NCBI GenBank assembly: GCA_028534125.1
Contig: CM052839.1
Location: 14,012,001-14,076,000 of the forward strand
DNA: 64,000 nucleotides
From: Lama glama
Taxonomy: Eukaryota
Reading direction: 5' to 3'
The position numbers and the translations under genes were made by a program. This document shows, in pieces, positions 45,201 through 57,200 of this stretch (its first letter is position 1; each line of letters opens with the position of its first letter). Under the pieces are notes generated by a model. That model did not search any database, was not told where the DNA came from, and saw only the letters and a program-made list of their open reading frames with translations.

Positions 45201-48200
45201 GAGCTCAGGAAGCACCCTGATTGAAGTACCTGTCGATGAACACCTGGAAGGGCAGCCGCACTGGAAAGCCCTCCTTGCGGATCCGCACAGTGTCCAGCAC
45301 CCCAGAATAGCGTAACTGTGCCATCACCACGTCTGGCTCAAAGAGGCCGGGCTCCTGCAGGAGGGCCCAGGTGGGGAGCCTGCATGGCTGCCCACACACG
45401 TGCAATGGTCCCCACAGTGGGCGGGGCTGATGACGGTCCAGAGAGGCAAAACCAGCTGCCCAAGGCCACAGAGCCTGGGGAAGAGGATCTGGCTCCCCCA
45501 GGGGCCTCCCCCATCACGCACCTTCTTGTGGTTGGGCTTCAGGCACCTCACGAACAAGGGGTTACACCTGGGCAGGGGCCAGAGGACGCCAGTGTGAGCC
45601 AGGAGGGGGGAGTCCTCCTCCCCCGAGTCAGGGCTGGGTCAGAGGGAGGCTGGTGCCCATGCCCCTGCCAAGCCCACCTTTCCATCTTCTCCACCAGATC
45701 CAGGAGCGACTGCTGGAACTTAGCAGCCACGGTGTGTGCCTTGTAGAGCCGGGAGACGGAGCTGCTCTGGCCCAGGCGCTGGGGGACTGCCTGAGGGGCA
45801 TGGCTAGAGAAGAGGTGGGCCACCACCTGGGCCAGGGCGCAGTGGCCAGGGCGGCAGTCCAGGCACCAGGAGCCAGAGAGACAGGGAAGGGGGAAGAGAA
45901 AGGGGAAGAACAGAAGAGGTCAATGCCCAGACCAGAGGGGTCAGAAAAGTGACCCACTGGGCCCCTGCTCCCCCAGGAGGCCCGTGTCCTCCCGGCTGGC
46001 GCACCTCTCCGTCAGGGTGCTCAGCCCCATCCCACGGGCCCGCCTGAGGCTGGGCTGTCTGTCTTCGGTCTGGGGAACACACTGACTCTGTGCCTGGCCC
46101 TCGGGTGGCCTGTGACACACCTGGCCCTGAGCTCTGGCAACGACCTGGGCGGGGAGGGTGCCCACTGGACAGAGGGGAAGTGGAGGCCCAGAGAGGGGCA
46201 GGGGCTGGCAGAACCACCTGGGGAGGGACAGGGTGGGTATGGGGCTGGGGCTGGGGCTGGGGCACCTCCCTGCCCCCTCAGGACCGGGGCAGGGCCTGGC
46301 TCTGGGCTGGGGGCCCGGGGCGGCGGGAGGCGAGGCTGGCTCACCCGGGTCCGGCTCCGCACAAATAGGTCCAGCACGTCCTGGCGCACCTGGTCGTGGT
46401 TCTTGTCCAGGAACTTATGCACCTGCAAGAGGAGAGGCGCGCAGCTCGAGCAGGACCCACCCTGGCCCACGCGGCCCGGGAGGCAGAGGGATAAGCTACA
46501 CAGGGTGCTTCGGCCTGCATGTGCCCCTGCTCCCCGCCCCCACAGCCCCTGGGGGAGCCTGGCCTGGCTCTGGCAGGCCTCTGTCTCCCTGTTTGTCCTT
46601 GTGGGGACTGGACCCTCCTGCTCTGGCTCCCTCCCCTCTTGTCCCCTCTACCTCCCCACTCCTGGGGAGGAGGCCCTAGCCGCAGCTTCCCAGGACCAGT
46701 CCGGGGCTTGGCCGCATCCTCAGTGAAGGACACTGTCTTGTGTCCATTCTACAGATGAGGCAAATAAGGCCCAGATGGGGACAGAGGCTTAGAATCTGGG
46801 CCTGAGACACCTCCAGGGCAGGAATGTGTCTGAGATGGGGTTATAAGAGTGACCTCAGTGACATCACTACAGGGGGAGTGGCTCTTTATCAACCCACCAT
46901 GGCCCCAGACTGCTCACGCTTGCCTCATGAGATGGGCACTTTTATGACCCCCATTTTCCAGATGAGGAAACTGAGGCTCAGAGAGGTAAAGTGATTTTTC
47001 CCAGACCACACAGTGGAGTTTCAGTGGGGCCAGCACTGGAGCCAGGCACGAGTGCCCCTAGTAGCAGGGACAGCGGTACTGGAGGTCTTACCTGGTAGGT
47101 GACTTTGCCAGCGTAGTGCTTGATGGTGAACTCGGGCAGTGGCATCTTGGGTTTGGAGTAGAGTGGGTTGGTGCCATGATGGTAATGGCACTTCTGCAGA
47201 AACGTGTGGTCTGTGGCCTAGGGGCAGGGTCAGGGGTGGGCAGGGGCCTGGGCACCCTGCTCCTGGCCGAGTGGCAAACTCTCCAGCCCTGACTGGTCCC
47301 CAGCGAGCACTGGGAAGGAACGAGTCCCAGCTTTCCCTGCTGCCCACTGCTCGGAATGGGGCGGCCCAAGTGGACCCCTGCAGGTGGTGTCTGATTAACT
47401 CCCAGCTGCCTCCCCTCCAGCCCAGCTGTTTGTGCACACTCTAGTCCCACTGCCCAGAGCACCCCTCCCAGCCTGTGTTTTCCAATCAGAAGGTGAGGCC
47501 CAACCCCAAGGTCACCTCCTCCAGGAAGCCTTCTATGACTTCCCAGGCTGGTGCAGCCCCTCCTCTGGAGCCCTCTACGCAGCCTCAACCTTGACTGGCA
47601 GATTGGGGGTCCTGAGCCCCTGACCCCAGGCCAGAGCAGAAAAAAATGCAGCACTCAGACCTGATGAGGACATGAGGCTCAGAGACGCGGAGGGACCCGA
47701 CCAGGCTGGCGCAGCGCTGGGCTCACCTGGGGAAAGCAGCACTGGTCGTCCAGGATGCGCAAAATGCCATAGGGCTTCAGGGAGATGAGGTTGATGCAGG
47801 GCTGGTTGTCCACGAAGGCGATCTCCCGCCAGTTGATCTGTTCCCGGGTGTACTCCTCCTGCAGGCAGCAGGGCCTCTGCCTCCTGGCCCTGCCCGGGAC
47901 CCTCCCACCCTGCTTCCAAGGGAAGGGGCTTGGCCAGGGCACCCCTGCGTGCACAACTCCTGGACAGGGAGCACACTCCCTAGCAGAGCAGCAGGCGTCC
48001 TCTGGGCCCTGCTCCTCCCTCCACTGGGACAGCCATGCTGAGGGCCAGGAACCCCCGCAAGGGCCCTTCTCTGGGCTCGGCGCCCCCCACACCCTCCCCT
48101 CCAGAACACAGGCCTTCACACGTGCTGGTCCCTGGCTCACAACGCCTCTCCCTCCACTGGGCCTATGGACAGCCTCCGATTTGCCCTTGAAGAGCCAGCA

Positions 48201-51200
48201 CCCTCCGCCTGCTCCGAGGAGGCCCAGCTGGCGGCCGGCAGGGCAGGGGACAGCTGCGGCCAGAGGCCCTGCCCACCTGCTCCTCCTGGAAGATGATCTT
48301 GTTGAAGAGGTACTGAAGGCTTTCGTTGGCATAGTTGATGCAAAGCTGCTCAAAGCTGTTGAAGCTCAAGTCCTGCTGGGCGGGCGGTGGGTGAGGGGGT
48401 CTGGCAGCCCATCCATCCCACCAGTGCAGGCTCAGGGCCCTCTCTGCCTCCCGAGGCCACAGCTTCCGCAAGCTGAGGCCTGACTGCAGAACCCCTGCTC
48501 AGAACCTTCTATGCCTTCCACTGTGCACAGGTGAGAACCTGGCAGTCCAGGTCCCCACACCTGGTAGTGCTTCAAGGCCCAGGCTCTGGAACCTTCTGTC
48601 TGGGTCCCAGTCCCAGCTCGGCCGCTTTCTAACTATGTGGCCCTGGGCAACCCCGTGTCTCAGTTTCCCCATCTTTAAAATGGGGAAATGACAGTGCCTA
48701 CCTTATAGGGTGGCCATGAGTATTAAGTGAATTAATAACCAAGTGCTTAGGACAGCAGCTGGCATGTGGCAGGTGCCACGGAGGCCTCAGAAACGACTTC
48801 CACTGTCCTGATGCTGCCTGTTGCTCTCCATTCCCTCACTGTGTGTTCAATACTGCCGCTGCCCCCAATCCCAACCCCGAAAGTGACTTCCAGCTCCCCA
48901 GTTGCCATGCCCCACCCCTCAGCCTGTGAGGAGGCTGCTTCCTGCACCTCGAATGCCTTTACTGGCTCTTAAGGAGTTAGCATGAGATGTTTCCTCCCCC
49001 TCCAGGAAGGCTCCCTGACCCCTGAGCAGCGCAGGGTCTTCTCTGGGCTTCCCCAGGGCCAGGCTGCCTCTTTGACGGCTCTGACCACATGTGCTTGTCA
49101 GTGTCCGTCCCTCCCCACCCAGTCCCTCCTGGAAGCTCCCCAAGGCCAGGGCCCAGGTCTGGTCCTTTCAGGCGAGGCCCCAGGGAGTGCTTGTGGGCGA
49201 GGGGGGGAAGCGGCAGGGGACAAGGGAGATGATCACCAGGGAGGGCCCCAACAGATGGAGGATGGAGACTGTCCTAGGCGGGGGAACACGAGAGAGCCCG
49301 ACGGAGCCCCACCTCAAAGCCGTAGATGTCCAGGATGGCGATGGACAGGGCGTCTTGCTGCGGGGACACCAGCGCGTTGATCCTGGAGATGAGCCAGCCG
49401 AAGAGCAGTGCATACAGGACCTTGGCGATGGCATCCCTGGAGCAGAGGCGGTGCTGGGGTGGGGGCCGCAGAGCTGGGGGGCTGGGGGCCTGGGGCTCAG
49501 GCAGGAAGAGGCTGGCCTCACCTGGCATCCACGGCGCTCTCCACGGTCAGGGGCGTGAAGATCTTCTCTCGCATTGTCTCCTGGCAGTGGGGCGGGGGGA
49601 GATGTGCCCCTGAGTGACAGCAGGCTGGCCAGCACCTCCGGGAAGTCCTCAGAGAACTGAGGAGTAGGGGGCATGGGGAAAGGAGCCAGGAGGATGGTGT
49701 GACTGGTCTTAGGCACAAAGTCAGCCGGGACCGACCAGGACACACTCGTCCCCACTTCTGCCTGCCTTGCTGGTTGCATGTGGGGGCTGCTGGTCTGGGG
49801 AGGACAGAGGCATAAGCAGACATGACACGGAGGGGAGAAGGGAGGAAGAGCAGGGGACGTGGGAGGTGCTGACCCACCAGGGGTCAGGGACAGCTCCCTG
49901 CAGAGGAGGATGCCTGTGTGGGGTCTTCTTGAAGGATGAGTAGGCATGAAAAAGGGAAGAGCATTCCAGGCAGAGGAAACAGCGAATGCTAAGGCCTGGA
50001 GACCGAGTGCCTATGCCCGCGGGGCCTGAGGTTACCCGCTTCTGGGCCCGAGTCAGGAGACCGACAGGCCGGGGGCGGGGGCAGAGGGCCCACCCAGGAT
50101 GGGGCGCAGAGCAGCTCTGTCCGGACGCTGGCAGGAGGCTGTGGTGGCATTCCCGGTGCCCAGGGACTCACGGTCACTTTGAAGGTGATGGCCTTCTGCA
50201 GGCCCTCCGGGGAGATCTGCAGCAGCTCCGCCACGGCCTGGATCTCCCGGGCGCTCACCACCGAGGCCACCTCCTGCGCGTCCGTCTATGCAAAACGCCA
50301 ACAGAAGTGTGTTTTGAGCCAGGGAAGCTGAGTTTAATGTCCGTGTGAAAACATAAACAAGCTAGAACATTCAGGAAAATTCTGGAACAGAAGAGGAGTG
50401 CAGGGGGCCCCACCAGATGGTGGAACACAGTATGAAGTTGGAACAATTAAAACAGAGTGTCACACCCCAGAGACTGACACAGCGTTGTAAACTGACTATA
50501 ACCCAATAAAATTAAAAAAAACAAAACAACAACAAAAAAACAGAGGGTCTATCCCCACATATAAATAGATCAGTGAAGCCCGACAAAAAGTCTGGAACTA
50601 CACATGCCCACAGGAATTTAGTGTGTGATCAGTGTGTATTTCTCAAGCTGGAAGACTGAGCGACCGCCTGGAGAAAAAGAAACAGGATCCCCACCTCACC
50701 CCTCACTGGGATGAATACCTGATAAGCCGGAGAGTCAGATGTTTAAAAAAACCACAGAGAAACCAGAAAAGGTGTTGAAAAAATCTTAGAAGACTGTTAC
50801 AATTTTAGAGGAATAGGTTCTCTCTAAAAATGATAAAAGGTCTAACATTTGTACAAAAGACTTTCAATAAATGAAATGCCTGAGAACAATTTTTAAAAAC
50901 CTGCCTGGCCAAAAAAGAAACCCCGAACTCGAAAAACACCAAAAAGCCTGTAAACAAAGGCAAAACACAAGTGATAAACCAGAAAGCACACTTGTGATTC
51001 ACATCAGAGACAACAGGCCGATTTCCTTAACGTATGTAAAGAGCTCTCACACGCCAACGAGCAAAAGATGGACAAGCCCAAAGCGGAGGAACGAGAACAA
51101 GCGATGTGTGCTCTCAGCTGTGACCTGGTGGTTCTTCAACCTCCAGAGAGATGCCTGTGTCCCAGGGAAGCTGGACCCCGAGCGGGCCGTGGCATCTCAC

Positions 51201-54200
51201 CTCATACTTCTCAAAGTAGACGTTGCCCAGGTGCAGGATGGAGGCCAGGATGCGGAAGATGCTGTCCTGGTCCTCACCGCTGAAGCCCAGCACCTCCATG
51301 GCGGCCAGGAGCCGGCGGAAGTCGTCCGAGTCGCTCTTCCCCGAGATCTCACAGTTCCCACCCTGGGCCGGGGCCGGGCCGGGGGTTAGGGCCCTGGGTG
51401 GGGGCCGGAGCCCTCAGGGGCCCTGCTCCACCCCCACGTGCACTGGCCCGAGCTGGTCCCTCATTCTTCTATCGCGGGCGGGCGGAACGGGCCCCACATC
51501 CCACCCCATGGTAAGGGCTTCCCATGCTCCTCCTTCACTAACCCCCGCTCGGCCCTGAAAGGCAGGACTGGGCTGTGCCCATTTTACAGATGGGGAGACC
51601 GAGGCTCTGGAGGGACGTGCTCCAGGCTGCCTAGCTCTGCTCTGGGCTCCAGAGAAATGAAGACTCAGTTAGGCCTGCCCTACCCTGGCTCTGGGCCCCA
51701 AAGACACTGGTCCCCCTGCCATGATGAGACACCCAAAATCCAAACTCACCCTCCCAAACCTCCGTCACCTCTGCTGTCCAGCAGGATGCCACAGCTGGGC
51801 TCTCTCGGCCCACCCAGCGTGACAGGACAGGGACAGGCCCGGGGCCCAGACACAGGTTGGCGCTCACCTGGTTCAGGTAGTAGTAGGTCTCGGCTCCCTG
51901 CAGGCGGAAGGCCTGCCGGAGCTGGGCCGGCAGCCCGGCCAGCAGCTCATAGAAGATGTGGTAGTTCCTCTCGTTTTTGGCCTGCAGAGAGGGTGGGTGG
52001 GTGCAGAGGGGGGAGCCCCCACCTCGGTGACCCCCAGACACACGTCCAGGCCCAACCACAGCCACAGACAGAAACACACACAGGCCTCAGGTGAGACTGG
52101 TGCCTCGTGACGAGTGAGCCCCAGTCTGGTGACGGCAGGGGTCAGGGGGCAGAAAGCCTCTGGGCAGGATGGAATTTAGCTTGAAGCAGTAGGAGAAAGG
52201 TGGCCTTCTCGCGTATGTACACACGCCTATGTACACGTGTGTCCATAGCCGAGGTGTGCACTCACAGGGCCTCCTAGCGGCTCACCCAGCAAGAGCGGCA
52301 AGCATGGACTGGGGGCCGGGCCCGGAGCCAGGGCCTCAGGACACACGGGGAACTAAGCAGGCAGAAGCCTCTCGGAGCACACCTGCTGGCTGGGGGCACA
52401 CTCAGAAAATCACTGGTTAGAACATAAACTAAGTCAGGTGGAGGGAAGGAAAACCACACAAGTGGTGCTGGTGGGTCAGGGGGAGCTGCACTTCATAGTG
52501 GGGTGGCTTCCCTGAGTGGGTGACATTCCAGGGAGGACTTGGAGGAGGTGAGGGGGTTTGAGGCTTTGGCCATGCAGGTGTCTAGGGGAAGAATGCTCCA
52601 GGGAGAACAGTTGGTGCAAAGGCCCTGAGGCAGCTTGGTGTCTGGTGTGCTATGGGCACAAGGAAGAGCCCATGTGGCCGCAGGGCGTGGGAGAGGGAGG
52701 GAGACCACGATACACGTGTGTGGTCCACTAATTCTGCATGCCCCCACCCTCCCCTGCCCCACGACACTCAGGGCCTGGCGGGCCTGCCCACCTGAAACAC
52801 AATCCTGGATTTCTCGAGCAGGTACTGGGAGGTTATGGCACCAGAGACTGCGCCCCTGCAGTCGGGGTGGGGGCAGTCAGTGGGGCCGGGACTGCGCCAG
52901 GGCACCCAGTCCACACAGGGCCCTTGAGGGCTCTGCCCCGTCCCACTCACCCTTCCAGAAAGATCTCCATGAACTTCCCGAAGCGGCTGGAGTTGTCATT
53001 CCGGACAGTTTTGGCGTTACCGAAGGACTCCAGGAGGGGTGTCGCCTCCAGGATCTGGGCCCCAGGAGACACAGGGATTGTCCTGGGGCCTCGAGGAGGG
53101 AGCACGCTGGGGCCACCCCGAGCTCTCCCCTTTGTGAGGGAGGTGGGCCCCCTGCAGAACCACAGGGCTTCCCGGGTCCCCCAACACCCCACCTCGTGCT
53201 GCCCACCCCACCATGGCACACGTGTGTGCACGTGCACACCCACACACGCGTTCCACGGTCGTGGGCATGCATTTGCTGAGTACCTTTATCTTCAGAAGCC
53301 ACCAGGAGGGAGGAGGAGGAGGAACAAGAACAGAGCTGGGTCAGCTGCAGGACGGACCACCTCTCCCTGTCCCCAGGGGCCTCCGACCATGGAGGCCCTG
53401 GCCGACCCTCCCAGCCCTCGGTGGGCAGGAGAGCCGCCAGGTGACAGCAAGCCCTTGTGCCCCAGAGACCAGGTGTGTGGGCTCGGGGCCTGCAGAGAGT
53501 CCCTGCAGGTGGGAGTCTGCTGGGCCTACCTCCCAAAAGGCTCAGGGGATGTCCTCTCCTGCCTCCCCCTGACCTCTTGGGGAGCACACGGACCACTCGG
53601 CTGAGGGCCCTGGGGAGACAGATGATGCAGTAGAGAGACAGGCTGACCTGCTGGGTGACGCCCCGTTTCTGGTTCATGGCGGCCAGGTAGCGCAGAATCA
53701 GCTTGGTGGCCTCAGTTTTTCCAGAGCCGCTCTCTCCGCTGACCAGGTGAAGGGGCAGAGTGAGCTTCCTTCCACCTGCTCATGGCCTCGTCTGGGCGCC
53801 CCGACCCCACCATGATGCAAGAGGACGCAGCAGGCAGGCCAGCACAGAGAGGCTGTGTGATCTCCCCAGGGGCACAGGAGGTCCCTCTGAGATCCCCAAC
53901 ACCCCCAGCCACACATGCACAGAGGTCCCTAACCCCACCACTGCTCACCTGATGATTATGCACTGGTTCTGTTTGGCATCGAGCATTTTGGCAAAGGCGA
54001 GGTTTGCAACTGCAAAGAGATGCCTGGAGAGACAGGCCACAGGTGTCCCTGGGCCTTGGTGTCCCCAGACCTCCCAGAGGGCGGGTAGGGGGCATCTCAG
54101 CCCGGCAGAGCAGCTAACCCTGCTCCACCCCCTTCCCCGTGGGGAAGTGCTCCCTGCAAGTCCCCCATCCTGGTCTGAGCCATGGTGGCCTCCAACCCAG

Positions 54201-57200
54201 AGAGGGCTGGGGCCGGGCTCGGGGGAAGACTGCTGGGCTGCGCAGGTGGGCTGCCCACTGCCAGCTGCCCTGAACCGTGGCCGAGGGGCAGCCAGGGACT
54301 CACCAGGGAGACCCCAGGGCGGTCCCTCCCCCAGCCCCAGAGACACTCACGGGGGATTCTCGGCCAGGGCCCGCCCGCTGTACTGCTGCACCTGCTCCGG
54401 CCCGTAGATCCCGAACATTCGGTATGGGTTCACCGACACCAGGATGCTGCCGATGTACGTCTGCTAGGCAGACAGCAGCCTCAGGGCCAGTCTGTGTCCC
54501 TCCCTCCCCCGCTCCTGGGAGCCTGGGTCCCTGTCTCACGAGGACAGACGTCTGCCTGCCTGGCCCCATGCCTATACCTCACGCCCTCCCACAGCCCGCC
54601 CTGGAGGTGGGGGGTCAGGCACAGCACCAGGCTGCGGCTGGGAGGAGCTTGGAGCAAGCAGAGCCCCACAACCACGATTCTGCGAGAAGCCGCGCCAGCT
54701 ACCGCGTCCTGCCTTTATTCACACTCAGGGCCTGGCTCCCTGCCTTGCAGTGGGGCCAAACTTCCACTGCTTGGAGGGGGAAGGAGTCAGGAGCCCAGGG
54801 GATCTGAGGCGGCCCTGCCTCCACGCTGGGCACTGTGGTTCTAGGCCGGAGGGTCCCTTCCGCCCCGACCACCCTACCTGCGATCCAGGTCTATGGCTCC
54901 CGGAAATCTGGAAGCCTTACCCATTGGTTCTCTGGTGGGGGCACACGCTTCTGGGGTCCCTGTCTCCGGGTCTCTGCCCTGACACCCACCATTCTAAGAC
55001 TCTACGTTGCAGGATTTTGGATTTCAGAGCTCCAGGCTCTACTGTGTTACACTCAAAGAGTAGAATCCCCAGGGTTCGGGAGGCAGGGAGGCAGCTGCCC
55101 TCAGATCCGAGCCCAGTGCAGAGCCGCCCGGGCCTTACGTAGATGAGGTTCCGTTCAAATCTGGTCTTGAGGTTGGATAGCACGGTGGTCTCCTGGAGGT
55201 CTCTGTGGGGCACAGAGAGGGACAGTCAGGGTCCACCCTCCCCTCAGTGCAGGGCCTTGGTCAGAAAGGCCTGAGTTCAAGTCCCATCTCTGACACTAAC
55301 CAACTGTGAAGCCTTGTCAAGCTACTTCACCCCTCTGTGCCTCAGTCTGTCCATCTGCTCAGTGGGTTAATGATGGCCGCCCCTACCTCACGAGGGTGCG
55401 GGACGCTCTTAGGTAGGACCTGTCCGTCTCACTGGCCTTTCATCACACTGTTTGACCTTCGACTTGCAGCGGAGAAAACTGAGGCTCTGGAAACATTCTG
55501 GGGGTGGGCGGGGCCCCCAGTAGGAGGAGGGGCTCTGGCTGTGAGCGTGGTCACCCCGCCACCCCCAACTCACTCCAGCTGAGTCATGTCCTCCACGCCG
55601 TCCTCCTGGTGCTGCTCTCGGAACCGAGCCGGCAGGTTGCGGATGGAGTGCATCTGTGAGAGACAGCCTGTGGTCGGCCCACTGGAGGGCACCGCACGTG
55701 GCCCCGGGGCTTGGACATGATCAGGACTGCGGGCCGCCCTGCTTCGGAACACAACCCTCACTCCCAGGGACGCACGCCTGGCCCCTGTGCTCCCTGCGGC
55801 AGGCTCCTGCGTGCTCCCACGGCTCCTGACCGGGGGATGAGCACAGGCACATGGCCACTGCTCCCTCTGGCCAGCTGGAAGCCCTCCAAACCACACATTA
55901 TCCCGGGGCTGACACCCTTCTCCAGTGTGAACCCCATGCCTACTTATGTGACAACTGGGTGAACATCTGTATGTTGGTGCATGGCACCTCCAGAAGGACC
56001 AAGGCTGTCCCATCTGGCGCCGTATCCATGCCCAGTGCCCGGCAAACACACAGACCCACACGCACAGACCTACACACAGTGGCATCAGGAGGTCAGGCAC
56101 TCTCACGCCCACCCGTGGTCTTGCGCGATGCCCGTGGACGTGCACGCCGGCCCGCAGTGCCTGGCTGCAGGCGCATACACACGTGCAGGCCGATGCTCTC
56201 TACGTCCATCAGGTGTGCTCCTGTGTGCATTTACAACAGGGCTGTCCCCACACCTGGGGGTCTCGAGACAAAAGTCCTGATGCCACCTTTGGGGGAAACT
56301 CCTCTGTGCCTGTCTATGTGTGCACACGTGACCCCACAGACGCCACGTCTGCCCTGACCTTGGCACGCGTGCACATACACACGCTTTCCTTTGGCTGTGG
56401 TATGCCTGAGCCCACGTCCCAGGCCCCCGTGACTGCGAGCACATGTGTGCGCTCCGCCTTTCCGGCCTCTGGGATCCGGCCTACCCCCTTCCCTGAGCGG
56501 CGAGGAAAGGGGACACCAGGAGGGGGCCCTGCGCGCTAACTAGGGCACCTTAAGTATCACCCTGGAGGCCCTGGCCTCCCGCCCACCCGTCTGCCCATGT
56601 GCGCCAGTGGCCGCAAACCCTGAATAATTCAGCCACTCACGTATTCCAGGGTGAGGAGGGCCCACGCATCCTTGCCCCTCACCCCCGGGCACCTCGCGCC
56701 CCGCTCCCGCAACGCTGCAGCCCACACAGCCCGGGGCACCCGCCGCCGCGGCCAAGGCCCCCCCAGCAGCCAGGCTGCCCCAGTCGCCATTGCCAGGTCC
56801 AGCTGGCCGCCCGCTCCGCGGGGCACCGGCTGCAGAGGCTGAGAAACACCGGCTGCCCCTGCATGCCCCGCCCACTCTAGGCGTCCCGGGGGAGGCTCCG
56901 GTGACCACCCCCTCGGCCGAGGGACACCCAGCACCACAGTCGAGATCCACCGTGAGCATGGGAGCCAGGCACGGGTTGGGCGCCCCTCAGACAGGCTGCC
57001 TGCCCCACACCCCACAGGGGGCCCAGACTGGGCTCAGCCCTGACCCACCCTGGGACCTTATGGGCCTCAGTTTCCCCACTGCACAATGAAGAAGCTGGAA
57101 GTCTGGTTCCTGAGTCCCTCACCCTTGGATAGTCCAGAGCCCTACAGCCCAGGGGACTGCCCTTAAGCAGGAACCCCCAAGAGAGAGAAAACGTCAATTT

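Noticed and set aside
20240-55213. Many 100-320 aa ORFs from the track
   Set aside because: Either true MYO15A exons read through into introns, or chance ORFs in GC-rich introns
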